Source of the DNA: Verrucomicrobiales bacterium
Lineage (GTDB): Bacteria; Verrucomicrobiota; Verrucomicrobiia; Verrucomicrobiales; V1-33
Assembly (NCBI GenBank): GCA_031411295.1
Contig: JANOAV010000200.1
Location: 1-36,905, forward strand
Reading direction: 5' to 3'
Length of the DNA stretch: 36,905 nt
The translations under genes were made by a program, and so were the position numbers. Of the stretch, positions 9,506 to 17,320 are shown piece by piece. Numbering within the stretch: position 1 is the first letter of the stretch; every line of letters starts with the position of its first letter. The notes beneath the pieces were generated by a model that was not told the origin of the DNA, ran no database searches, and was given only the letters and a program-made list of their open reading frames with translations.

Positions 9506-9954
9506 ACGGGCACCACGAGTCCCTCCGCCTCGGCGAGTTTTTTCTGGTTCGTGTCAAAGGTGAGGAATTCCGTGACTCCCAGATGAAGTGCGGTGGCAAC
9601 GTGAAGTATGTCAGCCAGTCGATGACCCGAGGCGAGAGTATGGGCGCTACTCAAAGCCTCAGCCCGTTGATGCACAGCTGACCAATCCACCGGAATGGTG
9701 GTGAGAAGTCCAGCATTCAAATCGATTTGAAGGTCGTTTAGCATTTGCTGCCCCTCTGGTTGCGGAAAGCCCTTACTCCGGTCATTGAGGTGCAAGCGAA
9801 TTTGCAGGCGCACGGACTGCCGGAACTCCAGCAAGAGCAGGCTGGAAACCCCCAAGGTGCCGCTCAGTCCAGCCATGAATTGATCGGCCCGGGCTGAATT
9901 GACCTGAGTTCGATACAACGCACACAAGAAGGAAGTGTCAGGAAAGCAGCTCAT
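9502..9954 (-). CDS. vapC: Type II TA toxin, PIN-domain VapC
   Basis: N-terminal DTSFL, central LLEF, ADILHVATALHLG...FLTFDTNQKKLAEAEGL: acidic PIN residues. Confidence 0.92.
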   Translation of the reverse strand: MSCFPDTSFLCALYRTQVNSARADQFMAGLSGTLGVSSLLLLEFRQSVRLQIRLHLNDRSKGFPQPEGQQMLNDLQIDLNAGLLTTIPVDWSAVHQRAEALSSAHTLASGHRLADILHVATALHLGVTEFLTFDTNQKKLAEAEGLVVPV

Positions 9955-10208
9955 CCTTCTTCCCCTTCGAGTTCATCGGCCCGCATCGCAGCCACTTCAG
10001 CCTCCGTAAAAACACGATTGCCCCAAATAGCACGCCTCCGTGCCGCAAAGTCTGGCTTGGCAGGCTGGGTCAAGGCACCGGGACGCCACGCCGTCAGCAA
10101 GCCGATCGGCTGCCCGCGCTTCTCGATGCGGATGTCTTCACCTTCCGAAAGCCACGCCTCGAGCATGGAGAAGGAGTTGCGCAAATCTCGGACGGTGACT
10201 GTTTTCAT
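9951..10208 (-). CDS. Type II TA antitoxin, Phd/YefM (prevent-host-death) family
   Basis: MKTVTVRDLRNSFS..GEDIRIEKRGQPIGLL matches the Phd N-terminus. ATGA overlap with vapC; ATG at 10208. Confidence 0.88.
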   Translation of the reverse strand: MKTVTVRDLRNSFSMLEAWLSEGEDIRIEKRGQPIGLLTAWRPGALTQPAKPDFAARRRAIWGNRVFTEAEVAAMRADELEGEEG

Positions 10209-10209
10209 G

Positions 10210-10247
10210 ATGTGGACAAATAATGTCCACATGGCCTCCTGCGTCAA
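10210..10247 (-). promoter_or_regulatory. Putative TA promoter with overlapping operator palindrome
   Basis: Minus strand TTGACG (10247-10242)-16 nt-CATTAT. Perfect inverted repeat atgtggaca-N5-tgtccacat (10210-10232) covers the -10 and lies 1 nt from the antitoxin ATG. Confidence 0.65.
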
Positions 10248-10279
10248 CTCCTATTTCATGTGCGGCAGCACGAGCGGCC

Positions 10280-10373
10280 AGGTCTGGTAGTGGGCCACAG
10301 GTCTCCGAAAACCACACCAGACGCTCTCCCGATACCAGACCTACAAGCTCAGCCACGCGGGGTTGAAGGCGGC
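10280..10373 (-). repeat. Copy B of the 94-bp dispersed direct repeat
   Basis: ~90% identical to 8718-8811 at a constant offset of 1562 bp; begins at the stop codon of the immunity gene. Confidence 0.9.
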
Positions 10374-10840
10374 TACTTGGGAGCTGGTGGCAAAGTTGTC
10401 CGATGAAATCGCATTGACTCGGTCCCATTGTATTCAGCCATAATTTGGGGCACAACAGCAAAACCCGATGCTTGCTTAGTGCAGCCAAACACGAAACGCT
10501 TACCTGGGTATTTCCAAAAGACCTCATCCAAGCATCTAAACAATACAGCAGGCTTCCCAACTATGGGCAAGTCGTTCAGACTGAGAAGCGCGACAGCAAA
10601 GGGACAATAACCGAATCCGCTTTGAGCCAGAAAATCATAACCGGGTCCGTTTACGCCGAACTCATTTAGATCGACCTTACCAGAAGACTCAACGGCGCTC
10701 CAATTAACGCCGGTCGCGGACCACGGCCAGTTTGAAAGGCTTAAGTCAAGCTGCTGGGCAAACTCGAGACTACCTAGCTCTAAGCGGCCTTCGTTGAAGT
10801 ATTCAGCTAGATGTGGATGTATTTCCGCGCCGTTCATCAT
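10373..10840 (-). CDS. Putative cognate immunity protein of the RHS toxin
   Basis: 155 aa, lower GC, ATGA overlap with the RHS gene stop. Call is positional; no family recognised. Confidence 0.7.
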   Translation of the reverse strand: MMNGAEIHPHLAEYFNEGRLELGSLEFAQQLDLSLSNWPWSATGVNWSAVESSGKVDLNEFGVNGPGYDFLAQSGFGYCPFAVALLSLNDLPIVGKPAVLFRCLDEVFWKYPGKRFVFGCTKQASGFAVVPQIMAEYNGTESMRFHRTTLPPAPK

Positions 10841-12282
10841 GGTTTAGGGAATGCGTGGTCGAGTAGATCACTGAAGTCTCCGTAGCTCTTTGATGGAACC
10901 TGATTGGCTCCGTAGTTCCAATTAATCCGCTTAGCTCCTCCAGTTCGATCCCACCAGTTTACATGGAAGCCATTGTCGCCCCAATCAAGTCTCCACCCTC
11001 TCATTCCATCTGGACTCATGCTGCCGGTAACGCGGCCCTTGAGTGGCCCGATTTCGTTGACGAAAGGCATCATACCATCTCCTAGTCCCGCAGATTTGAC
11101 TGCTGCAGCACGGGCCTCATTGAATGAGCCAAAGTTTTGTATTATCTCCCGGGATGCTTGGGTTGGTAGTGTCTTCGCGGCAATGCTTGCTTCCCCAGCG
11201 AGAGTGCCACCAGCTTTCAAAACCCGCAGACTTTGCAATGCGAGGCCTCCTGCCTCCATTGCTATGTTAGTCAGAACAACGATCCCTGCTTCTTTGATTG
11301 ATTGCTCTAAAAACGCTGCATTCGCGCTACAGGTCGCCACTTCCAAGGCAGTGCCATACCCCGGACTGTCACGGTGATAGTTCTGAAGCAGGTGATAAGC
11401 CAAAGCAGCTTGTTGGTTACTCGTGCCTTCAAATAACAATTGATCGTGCAGTCCGCGAAGATCCGCGACTGGCTTATCTGGGGGGCTATTGCTCAGTTTA
11501 CGCTCCATGGCGGCACGTTTTGCCGCTTGGGATAACGGTTTTATGGGTTCTGGCTCGGCTGTCGGCGTTCCTTCTGGAAGCCTTGGCAAGCATTCGCCTG
11601 AAACACCAAACATTGAGAAATTAGGCTCTCTGTTGTCTGTGGTAATCGGCTCATTTTTAAGAGTCGAATTCACGCCGCCATCCGTGCTTACTGCTGCCAG
11701 CCCCTCCGGATCCCACGCCGTCCACGGATTCTGCCGCACATAGCAATACAAATTCGGCCCATCCACGAACCCTGCCGGATCACGCGAGAGCCAGGTTCCT
11801 GTTTCCAGATCCAGATAGCGATGCCCTTGATTGCTCAGGCCCGTGGGGTCTTCGTCCTTCGTATTCCCACGCTGCGGGTCGAGGTTCGTCCCTGCCTCCG
11901 CCGTGCGCATGCCGAACGCTTCATAGCTGGCCTGCCAGGTCACCGCCCCGGCTTCATTCGTCTGCGTCGTCACGTCCCCCCGGCCATTTTCCAAGTCATA
12001 ACTCCGCACCCAAGCCCCGTTCACCCAGCGTTTGCTATAGAGCAACCCACCGACACCCCCGCCCATATCGCTGCCCCGGACATATTCCACCGCCACACTG
12101 CCAGGCACCGCTGCCACCACCGGCGGCTCCTTCACCGTAACCGCCCCACTAGCCGCCAGCTGAGGATTCGGCTTCAGCGCTCCCCATTGCCCCTTTTGCA
12201 ACGCCATCGCAGCTGAGCCACTCCCCTGGAAAATCCAGCAGAGCAAGCAGCCAAGGAAAATACGCCAGGCAGAAATGAACAC
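10837..12282 (-). CDS. Short RHS-core polymorphic toxin with hydrophobic N-terminus and C-terminal putative RNase-type tip
   Basis: GGVGGLL, NGRGDV, SYEAFG, RYLDLETGTWLSRDPAGFVDGPNLYCYVRQNPWTAWDPEG (PxxxxDPxG at ~11701-11727), followed by a ~290-aa lower-GC C-terminal region. Confidence 0.88.
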   Translation of the reverse strand: MFISAWRIFLGCLLCWIFQGSGSAAMALQKGQWGALKPNPQLAASGAVTVKEPPVVAAVPGSVAVEYVRGSDMGGGVGGLLYSKRWVNGAWVRSYDLENGRGDVTTQTNEAGAVTWQASYEAFGMRTAEAGTNLDPQRGNTKDEDPTGLSNQGHRYLDLETGTWLSRDPAGFVDGPNLYCYVRQNPWTAWDPEGLAAVSTDGGVNSTLKNEPITTDNREPNFSMFGVSGECLPRLPEGTPTAEPEPIKPLSQAAKRAAMERKLSNSPPDKPVADLRGLHDQLLFEGTSNQQAALAYHLLQNYHRDSPGYGTALEVATCSANAAFLEQSIKEAGIVVLTNIAMEAGGLALQSLRVLKAGGTLAGEASIAAKTLPTQASREIIQNFGSFNEARAAAVKSAGLGDGMMPFVNEIGPLKGRVTGSMSPDGMRGWRLDWGDNGFHVNWWDRTGGAKRINWNYGANQVPSKSYGDFSDLLDHAFPKP

Positions 12283-12499
12283 CCATAGAAGTAGCCCAAG
12301 AACCGTCCAGAGCTAGCGGAAACTAAAGCCACGCAGGTAATTGCTCGGCGTGCCAAATAATATCATGGCTGGCACAATGTATTGCCGGGAAGAAACGGGA
12401 AAGCATCGTCCGGGCCCACCATAGGGGTGGGTGATGATGATTATCCATTGGGCGGCGCTCGCCTTGGAGCACTTGCGTAAGCTTCTGCGCTTCTCACTA

Positions 12500-13072
12500 T
12501 TATGAGCGAAATGGCCGACGCACGAGAAGCAGGGCGAGCACGAATCCCAACGCAGCTCCGATGTAGGTGCCCTGGTGAATGCACGCCACTTTAAGAAAGG
12601 CCGGAATATCTTTAACCAGTAAGTCTTGGCACACCTCTCGCCACGCCACGGAGGTGCCGGTCAGGGGCGTGACCACCCAAAAGCCCACGCAACCACCCAT
12701 ACTGCTGGTGGTAAGGATTAAGCCCAGTAACTTCAAAAAACGCCCCCAAGCCTTGCGCTGCATCGCGAGATGAACCAAGCCACCTTCGATCTGTCCCGGC
12801 AGCAAGCGCGCCAAGACCCAAGCGGCAATCAATCCCACCCACCACGACGCCAGTGCGCCAATCACGGCCACTGCTCCCCGGAATGGCAATCCGAACTGCT
12901 CAGCATGAAATTGGGGGAATTTTAGTTTCGTGAAATAATCAGGGGAAAGCGTGCAGGTGATCTCATCATGGATGACCCCGAAGCTGGCCGCAACCAGCGT
13001 CCCCACTGTCGCCATGCTCAGCAGTTGGCGCCAGATGGGCCATGGGAGTCGGGGGAATAAGATAAATTTCAT
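12500..13072 (-). CDS. Hypothetical multi-pass membrane protein
   Basis: About four hydrophobic segments; FGVIHDEIT...SPDYFTKLKF..F, ASWWVG and IHQGTYIGA look like conserved motifs. Confidence 0.72.
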   Translation of the reverse strand: MKFILFPRLPWPIWRQLLSMATVGTLVAASFGVIHDEITCTLSPDYFTKLKFPQFHAEQFGLPFRGAVAVIGALASWWVGLIAAWVLARLLPGQIEGGLVHLAMQRKAWGRFLKLLGLILTTSSMGGCVGFWVVTPLTGTSVAWREVCQDLLVKDIPAFLKVACIHQGTYIGAALGFVLALLLVRRPFRS

Positions 13073-13126
13073 GCCTGGGTCTCGTGGGCCTGCGCCAGCG
13101 TGCTACCAGCTTTGGTGACTTTGCGC

Positions 13127-13858
13127 TCAAAAGGTCCATTTCAGCCCAGCTGTCAGATACAGGCCGAGGTGGTCCCAGGGGGAAATGGGATCGGTGCCCA
13201 GTCCCACGGCGGCTTCGAGGTTTTCGGTTAGATCGAAGGTGTATTCGAGTTCCAGAAACAAGGCGTTATCTTCGTCGGGGATTTCGTTTCCAGCCGCCCA
13301 GAGGCTGAGGGAAAGGGTATCGGTTTCCTTGGCTGTGAAGCCACAGAGCCAGGTCACCCAGAGGGAGAGCGAAGGATAGCCCATGCGATTCCCTTCGTCC
13401 GCGCTGGTGGCCAGAACGGCTCCAGCCTCCCCGCCGATCCACCAATCTTCGGTCATTCCCCAGGCGACTCCAAGCTTGGGGGTGAGATCCCAGCCTCGCG
13501 AAGCGAGTTGTGAATGGGGATCGATATCTAACATGGCATTCCAGTAGAGCCGCTGTTCGTTGTTGCGATACAACGCATGTCCCACTTGAAGGGTGACATA
13601 GCCATCTTCCCGGAGGTCGATGGCGTGGGAAAAATCGGTGAACATGTCTCCGGCTAGGGAAATCCAAGTTTGTGCGGTTCCCCACTCCACTTCGAATCCC
13701 GCACGGGTGTGGTTGGTGCGCGCCCGGGAACTATCGTAGTCCAAAAGCAACTCGGTGGTTAAGCCGGGTTCGTGGGTCGCATTGCGATGGGTCTCCCGAG
13801 CAGAGAGCAGCAGAGGACAAGCCAGGGTGACGAGCATCGGATGGGAAATGGCGGACAT
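13127..13858 (-). CDS. Hypothetical outer-membrane beta-barrel-like protein
   Basis: Signal-like N-terminus, alternating amphipathic strands, C-terminal LYLTAGLKWTF (Bam-type terminal Phe). Confidence 0.65.
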   Translation of the reverse strand: MSAISHPMLVTLACPLLLSARETHRNATHEPGLTTELLLDYDSSRARTNHTRAGFEVEWGTAQTWISLAGDMFTDFSHAIDLREDGYVTLQVGHALYRNNEQRLYWNAMLDIDPHSQLASRGWDLTPKLGVAWGMTEDWWIGGEAGAVLATSADEGNRMGYPSLSLWVTWLCGFTAKETDTLSLSLWAAGNEIPDEDNALFLELEYTFDLTENLEAAVGLGTDPISPWDHLGLYLTAGLKWTF

Positions 13859-14010
13859 GCTTAGGTTGGTAGCTGAGGGCGAGATAATTGCACCTGGAAA
13901 ATGAGCCGTGGCTGGTCACAATTTGAGTGACTGATGGGGTGTTGCCTTGCGTGTTCCTCCCGGCATGGGAATGCCGAGCTACGTGTCTTTGGTTTCGGAT
14001 GTGGGATAAC

Positions 14011-14255
14011 CTCAGACATCCTGATCTCAGCGGAGGAGCCTACCGTTGACGAGGAAATTTTCTGACCCCGCCTACTTGCTTTTCGCGGATTACAAACCAA
14101 TGGCCGCAAAAGATCGCAAGGAACGCAAAAATTCGATGGGTGTTTTTGCGCTCTTTGGGTTCTTTTGCGGCCATTGCCTCGAAAAAGAAATTTTCAGTGA
14201 GCTTGCAGCCTCAGATTTAGCTTATCCTGTTTCCCCGCAGGTCAGGATGTCTGAG
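14011..14255. repeat. 245-bp element bounded by 14-bp perfect inverted repeats (MITE-like or structured RNA)
   Basis: ctcagacatcctga (14011-14024)/tcaggatgtctgag (14242-14255); no target-site duplication seen. Confidence 0.55.
14099..14175. repeat. Long imperfect palindrome (REP-like, 'cgcaaa..aacgcaaa' type)
   Basis: aatggccgcaaaaga (14099-14113)/tcttttgcggccatt (14161-14175) are perfect; arms extend imperfectly to ~33 bp. Confidence 0.75.
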
Positions 14256-14310
14256 CCTGCGGCAAGAGTATCGTGAACTCAGCTGTTGGTCGGTTCAATT
14301 CATTTCCTCT

Positions 14311-14335
14311 GAGCAGTCGGGCCGACTGCTCCACA
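14311..14335 (-). repeat. Single REP-like palindrome with GTGG foot
   Basis: gagcagtcgg-g-ccgactgctc perfect inverted repeat (14311-14331); reads GTGG-AGCAGTCGG... on the minus strand. Confidence 0.55.
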
Positions 14336-14416
14336 CTCTGGTTTGATGCAATTTTTGACAGTTTCAACTCGCACTTGCATCGTGCCGAAAGCGCCCGATA
14401 GTTTTACCCATCAGGC

Positions 14417-14433
14417 TTGGCATGATTATTGCT
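14417..14433 (+). promoter_or_regulatory. Sigma-54 (-24/-12) box upstream of rpoN
   Basis: TTGGCATGATTATTGCT: GG(14419-20)-N10-GC(14431-32) with exact spacing, ~30 bp before ATG 14463. Confidence 0.8.
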
Positions 14434-14462
14434 TTGCAACCCCTTTCCCCCTACGTTTCCCT

Positions 14463-15878
14463 ATGAATCAATCCCCCGGCTTTGAGCAGAATATGAGCCA
14501 ACAACTGCGGCTCTCTCCCCAGTTGCAGCAAAGCCTTCACATCCTGCAAGCGGCTACGCAAGAGCTACAGCAGATTGTGCGCCAGGAGTTGTCAGCCAAT
14601 CCCGTGTTAGAGTCGGAATCGGTAGATCTTTCGCCTGAAGAGGCCGGGACGGAGGAGCGCACCGAGGATGACTTCGACCAGGAATTCTCGCACCTTAGTC
14701 AAATGGACGAGGAATGGCGCACTTATCTCTCGCAGAGTGCGGGAGCCAATCGGAACCCCCGCAATGCAGAAGAAGAGGAGCGGCGGCAATTCCTGTTCGA
14801 CTCACTAACCATTCCCGTTACGCTGCAACAGCATTTGAGTGAACAACTCCAACTGGTGGATTGCACGAAGGAGGAGCGCCAGTATGCCGAAGTCCTGCTG
14901 GGAAACCTGGATGATCGGGGCCTTTTGCAGACTTCATTGGAAGATCTCAGCATCAGCCTGGGATTGCCACTGCCACCGTTGGAGAAGGCCCGGGAGATCA
15001 TTATCAGCCTGGAGCCAGCAGGGGTGGGCGCAGCCGACTTGCGCGAGTGCCTGTTGCTCCAGTTGGCCCGCCAAGGCAAGGAACACAGCCTGGAGGCGCG
15101 AATCATTGGGCATCATTTGGAAGATCTGGGCCGACGTCGTTTCCCGCAGATCGCCAAGAAACTGGCCGTGACCGTGGATGCGGTGGCCCGGGCGGCGGAG
15201 AGCATCGGAACCCTGAATCCGCGACCAGCCTCTGCCTTCGCTCCAGCACCGAGCCATTACATTAATCCTGATGCCATCGTGGAGGCCTCCCAGGGGAAAT
15301 TCACCGTTATCCTAAACGAAGAACAAATCCCCCGCCTCCGCATCAGTAATCTTTACAAGGACCTCATGTCGCAAGGCGCGGGAGCGGATGTGAAAGACTA
15401 CATCCGGCAGAAAATTCAGAGCGGAAAATTTCTGATCCGCAGCATCCAACAACGCCAGGAAACGATCCGTAAAATCGCAGATCAGATCGTGCTGCGGCAG
15501 GAGGACTTCCTGCGCTATGGCCCATCCCAGCTGCGCCCCATGACGATGTCCCAAGTGGCCGATGTCGTCGGAGTGCACGAAACCACCGTCAGTCGGGCCA
15601 TCTCCGGCAAGTATCTTGCTACGCCTCAAGGGGTCTATGAGATGAAATATTTCTTCACCACCGGCTACGAAACGGCCTCTGGCGAGCAACTCTCCAAGAC
15701 CGGGGTGAAGACCGCGCTGGCCGAAATTGTGCGCAACGAAGACACCGCTCATCCGCTGAATGATGACGACATCCAGAAAAAGTTGGAAGAACAGGGCATG
15801 AAAATCGCCCGGCGGACCGTGGCCAAGTATCGTGAGGAATTGCACATCCTGCCAGTGCATCTGCGGAAGAGTTTTTAA
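14463..15878 (+). CDS. rpoN: RNA polymerase sigma-54 factor
   Basis: Q/L-rich region I (QQLRLSPQLQQSLHILQ), EPAGVGAADLRECLLLQL, HETTVSRA HTH, RpoN box ARRTVAKYRE. Confidence 0.98.
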   Translation: MNQSPGFEQNMSQQLRLSPQLQQSLHILQAATQELQQIVRQELSANPVLESESVDLSPEEAGTEERTEDDFDQEFSHLSQMDEEWRTYLSQSAGANRNPRNAEEEERRQFLFDSLTIPVTLQQHLSEQLQLVDCTKEERQYAEVLLGNLDDRGLLQTSLEDLSISLGLPLPPLEKAREIIISLEPAGVGAADLRECLLLQLARQGKEHSLEARIIGHHLEDLGRRRFPQIAKKLAVTVDAVARAAESIGTLNPRPASAFAPAPSHYINPDAIVEASQGKFTVILNEEQIPRLRISNLYKDLMSQGAGADVKDYIRQKIQSGKFLIRSIQQRQETIRKIADQIVLRQEDFLRYGPSQLRPMTMSQVADVVGVHETTVSRAISGKYLATPQGVYEMKYFFTTGYETASGEQLSKTGVKTALAEIVRNEDTAHPLNDDDIQKKLEEQGMKIARRTVAKYREELHILPVHLRKSF

Positions 15879-15959
15879 GCCAGCTCCGTCTCCACAGGCA
15901 TTTTTCATTTGCCGACAGACGGCAGTAGCTGCTATTGGTTGTTTCATCAATCTTCCACC

Positions 15960-16505
15960 ATGATGAACCTTCCAAACGACGACAACTCACCGCTCGATCC
16001 GTCCGTGGATCCCGTCGCCCATGCAGCCATGAAAAAGGAGTGGGCGGAAATTTCCCACTTATTTCTGGGAGATATGTCCGCAGTTGATGAGGCCGAACTG
16101 ATTCAGAGATCACAAATTTTTACAGATTTTCAGACGCGTCACCTCGCTGTATTCCAAGCGTTGCAAACTCCGCCCAGCCTGCTGGATCTCACCGAATTGC
16201 CTAATTGCACCGCCGAGTTCGCGCAGAGTGTCATTGCCGTGGACGCAGCCGAAGAAGATTTGCTCCAAAACACCGCCGCCCTGGCAGAGGCCCGCTCCGA
16301 CCTCCAGGTGAGCTTGCTTTCCATCTTGGGTAGTCTGGAAAATGTTACTCCAGAGGAATGGTCGCAAATGGAGGAATCACAACGCGTGGGGACGCTTGAT
16401 TCCCTGCTCTCGCTGCGTGCCGCCAAGGAATCAATGTTAAGCCAACTACCGCTTGAAATGCGGAGGCAAATGGAGCGCGAACTGGACGAGGCGGGAGCAG
16501 ACTAG
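15960..16505 (+). CDS. Hypothetical acidic alpha-helical protein
   Basis: ~180 aa ORF filling the rpoN-trmD gap on the same strand, with coiled-coil-like composition; ATG at 15960. Confidence 0.6.
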   Translation: MMNLPNDDNSPLDPSVDPVAHAAMKKEWAEISHLFLGDMSAVDEAELIQRSQIFTDFQTRHLAVFQALQTPPSLLDLTELPNCTAEFAQSVIAVDAAEEDLLQNTAALAEARSDLQVSLLSILGSLENVTPEEWSQMEESQRVGTLDSLLSLRAAKESMLSQLPLEMRRQMERELDEAGAD

Positions 16506-16601
16506 GTGCACCGCGCGAAACCGCTGGTTGCATCCGGGGCTTCATCTGCCTAGGAATGGATCCGCTGGCCCGCGAGCACAGCCCCACTTAGCCCTCTCCT
16601 C

Positions 16602-17270
16602 ATGGACATCGACATCATTACCATTTTTCCTGAAATATGCGCCACGCCGTTACGCGAGAGCATGATGGGACGCGCTCAGGAAAAGGGCCAACTGAAGCTG
16701 CGAATCTTCGATCTCAGGAAATGGGCCACGGACAAGCATCGCCAAGTGGATGACGTGCCGTATGGTGGTGGCCAAGGCATGGTCATGAAGCCGGAACCAT
16801 TCTTTGCCTGCATCGCAGAACTCAAGCGCCCAGAGACCAAAGTCATCCTCATGACCCCGCAAGGTGTGCAGTTGAAGCAGCCATTGGTGGAGCAACTGGC
16901 CACCCAAGCCCAGCACCTCATCATCCTCTGCGGCCACTATGAGGGCGTGGATCATCGCGTCATCGAGGCCTTGGTAGATCAGGAAATTAGCATTGGCGAC
17001 TACATTTTAACCAATGGCGCGATTGCCGCCACCATCCTGGTTGATGCCATCGTGCGGCTCTTGCCTGGGGTGTTGGGAGACGAGCGCAGTGCCGCCGAAG
17101 AATCCTTCACCCACGGTCTGCTGGAAGCCCCGTGCTACACCCGGCCCGTAGATTTCCAAGGAATGAAAGTGCCCGATGTTCTCCTCTCCGGTCATCATCA
17201 GAAAATCCGCGAATGGAAGCACCAGCGCAGCCTGGAGCGGACGAAAGAGATGCGGCCGGATCTGCTGTGA
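16602..17270 (+). CDS. trmD: tRNA (guanine37-N1)-methyltransferase
   Basis: IITIFPE, VDDVPYGGGQGMVMKPEP, LCGHYEGVDHR, SIGDYILTNG, LLEAPCYTRP, VPDVLLSGHH. Confidence 0.98.
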   Translation: MDIDIITIFPEICATPLRESMMGRAQEKGQLKLRIFDLRKWATDKHRQVDDVPYGGGQGMVMKPEPFFACIAELKRPETKVILMTPQGVQLKQPLVEQLATQAQHLIILCGHYEGVDHRVIEALVDQEISIGDYILTNGAIAATILVDAIVRLLPGVLGDERSAAEESFTHGLLEAPCYTRPVDFQGMKVPDVLLSGHHQKIREWKHQRSLERTKEMRPDLL

Positions 17271-17320
17271 CCCACAGCAGACCAAGGAAACCGCCTGAGC
17301 CCCTTAAGTAAATAGATTTT

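Noticed and set aside
8718..10373. CRISPR array, or canonical attC/integron call, for the 94-bp repeats
   Set aside because: Only two copies 1.56 kb apart and no cas genes. Cores lack GTT/AAC and no intI is visible, so they are reported only as attC-like.
12370..12385. Sigma-54 box TGGCACAATGTATTGC
   Set aside because: GG-GC spacing is 11 rather than 10, and it points away from the RHS gene.
14343..14462. ORF-track N-terminal extensions of rpoN (likewise dgt 4080, ruvX 8503, hydrolase 35016)
   Set aside because: The extensions lack family similarity and overlap promoter regions or neighbouring genes; downstream ATGs match the family N-termini.
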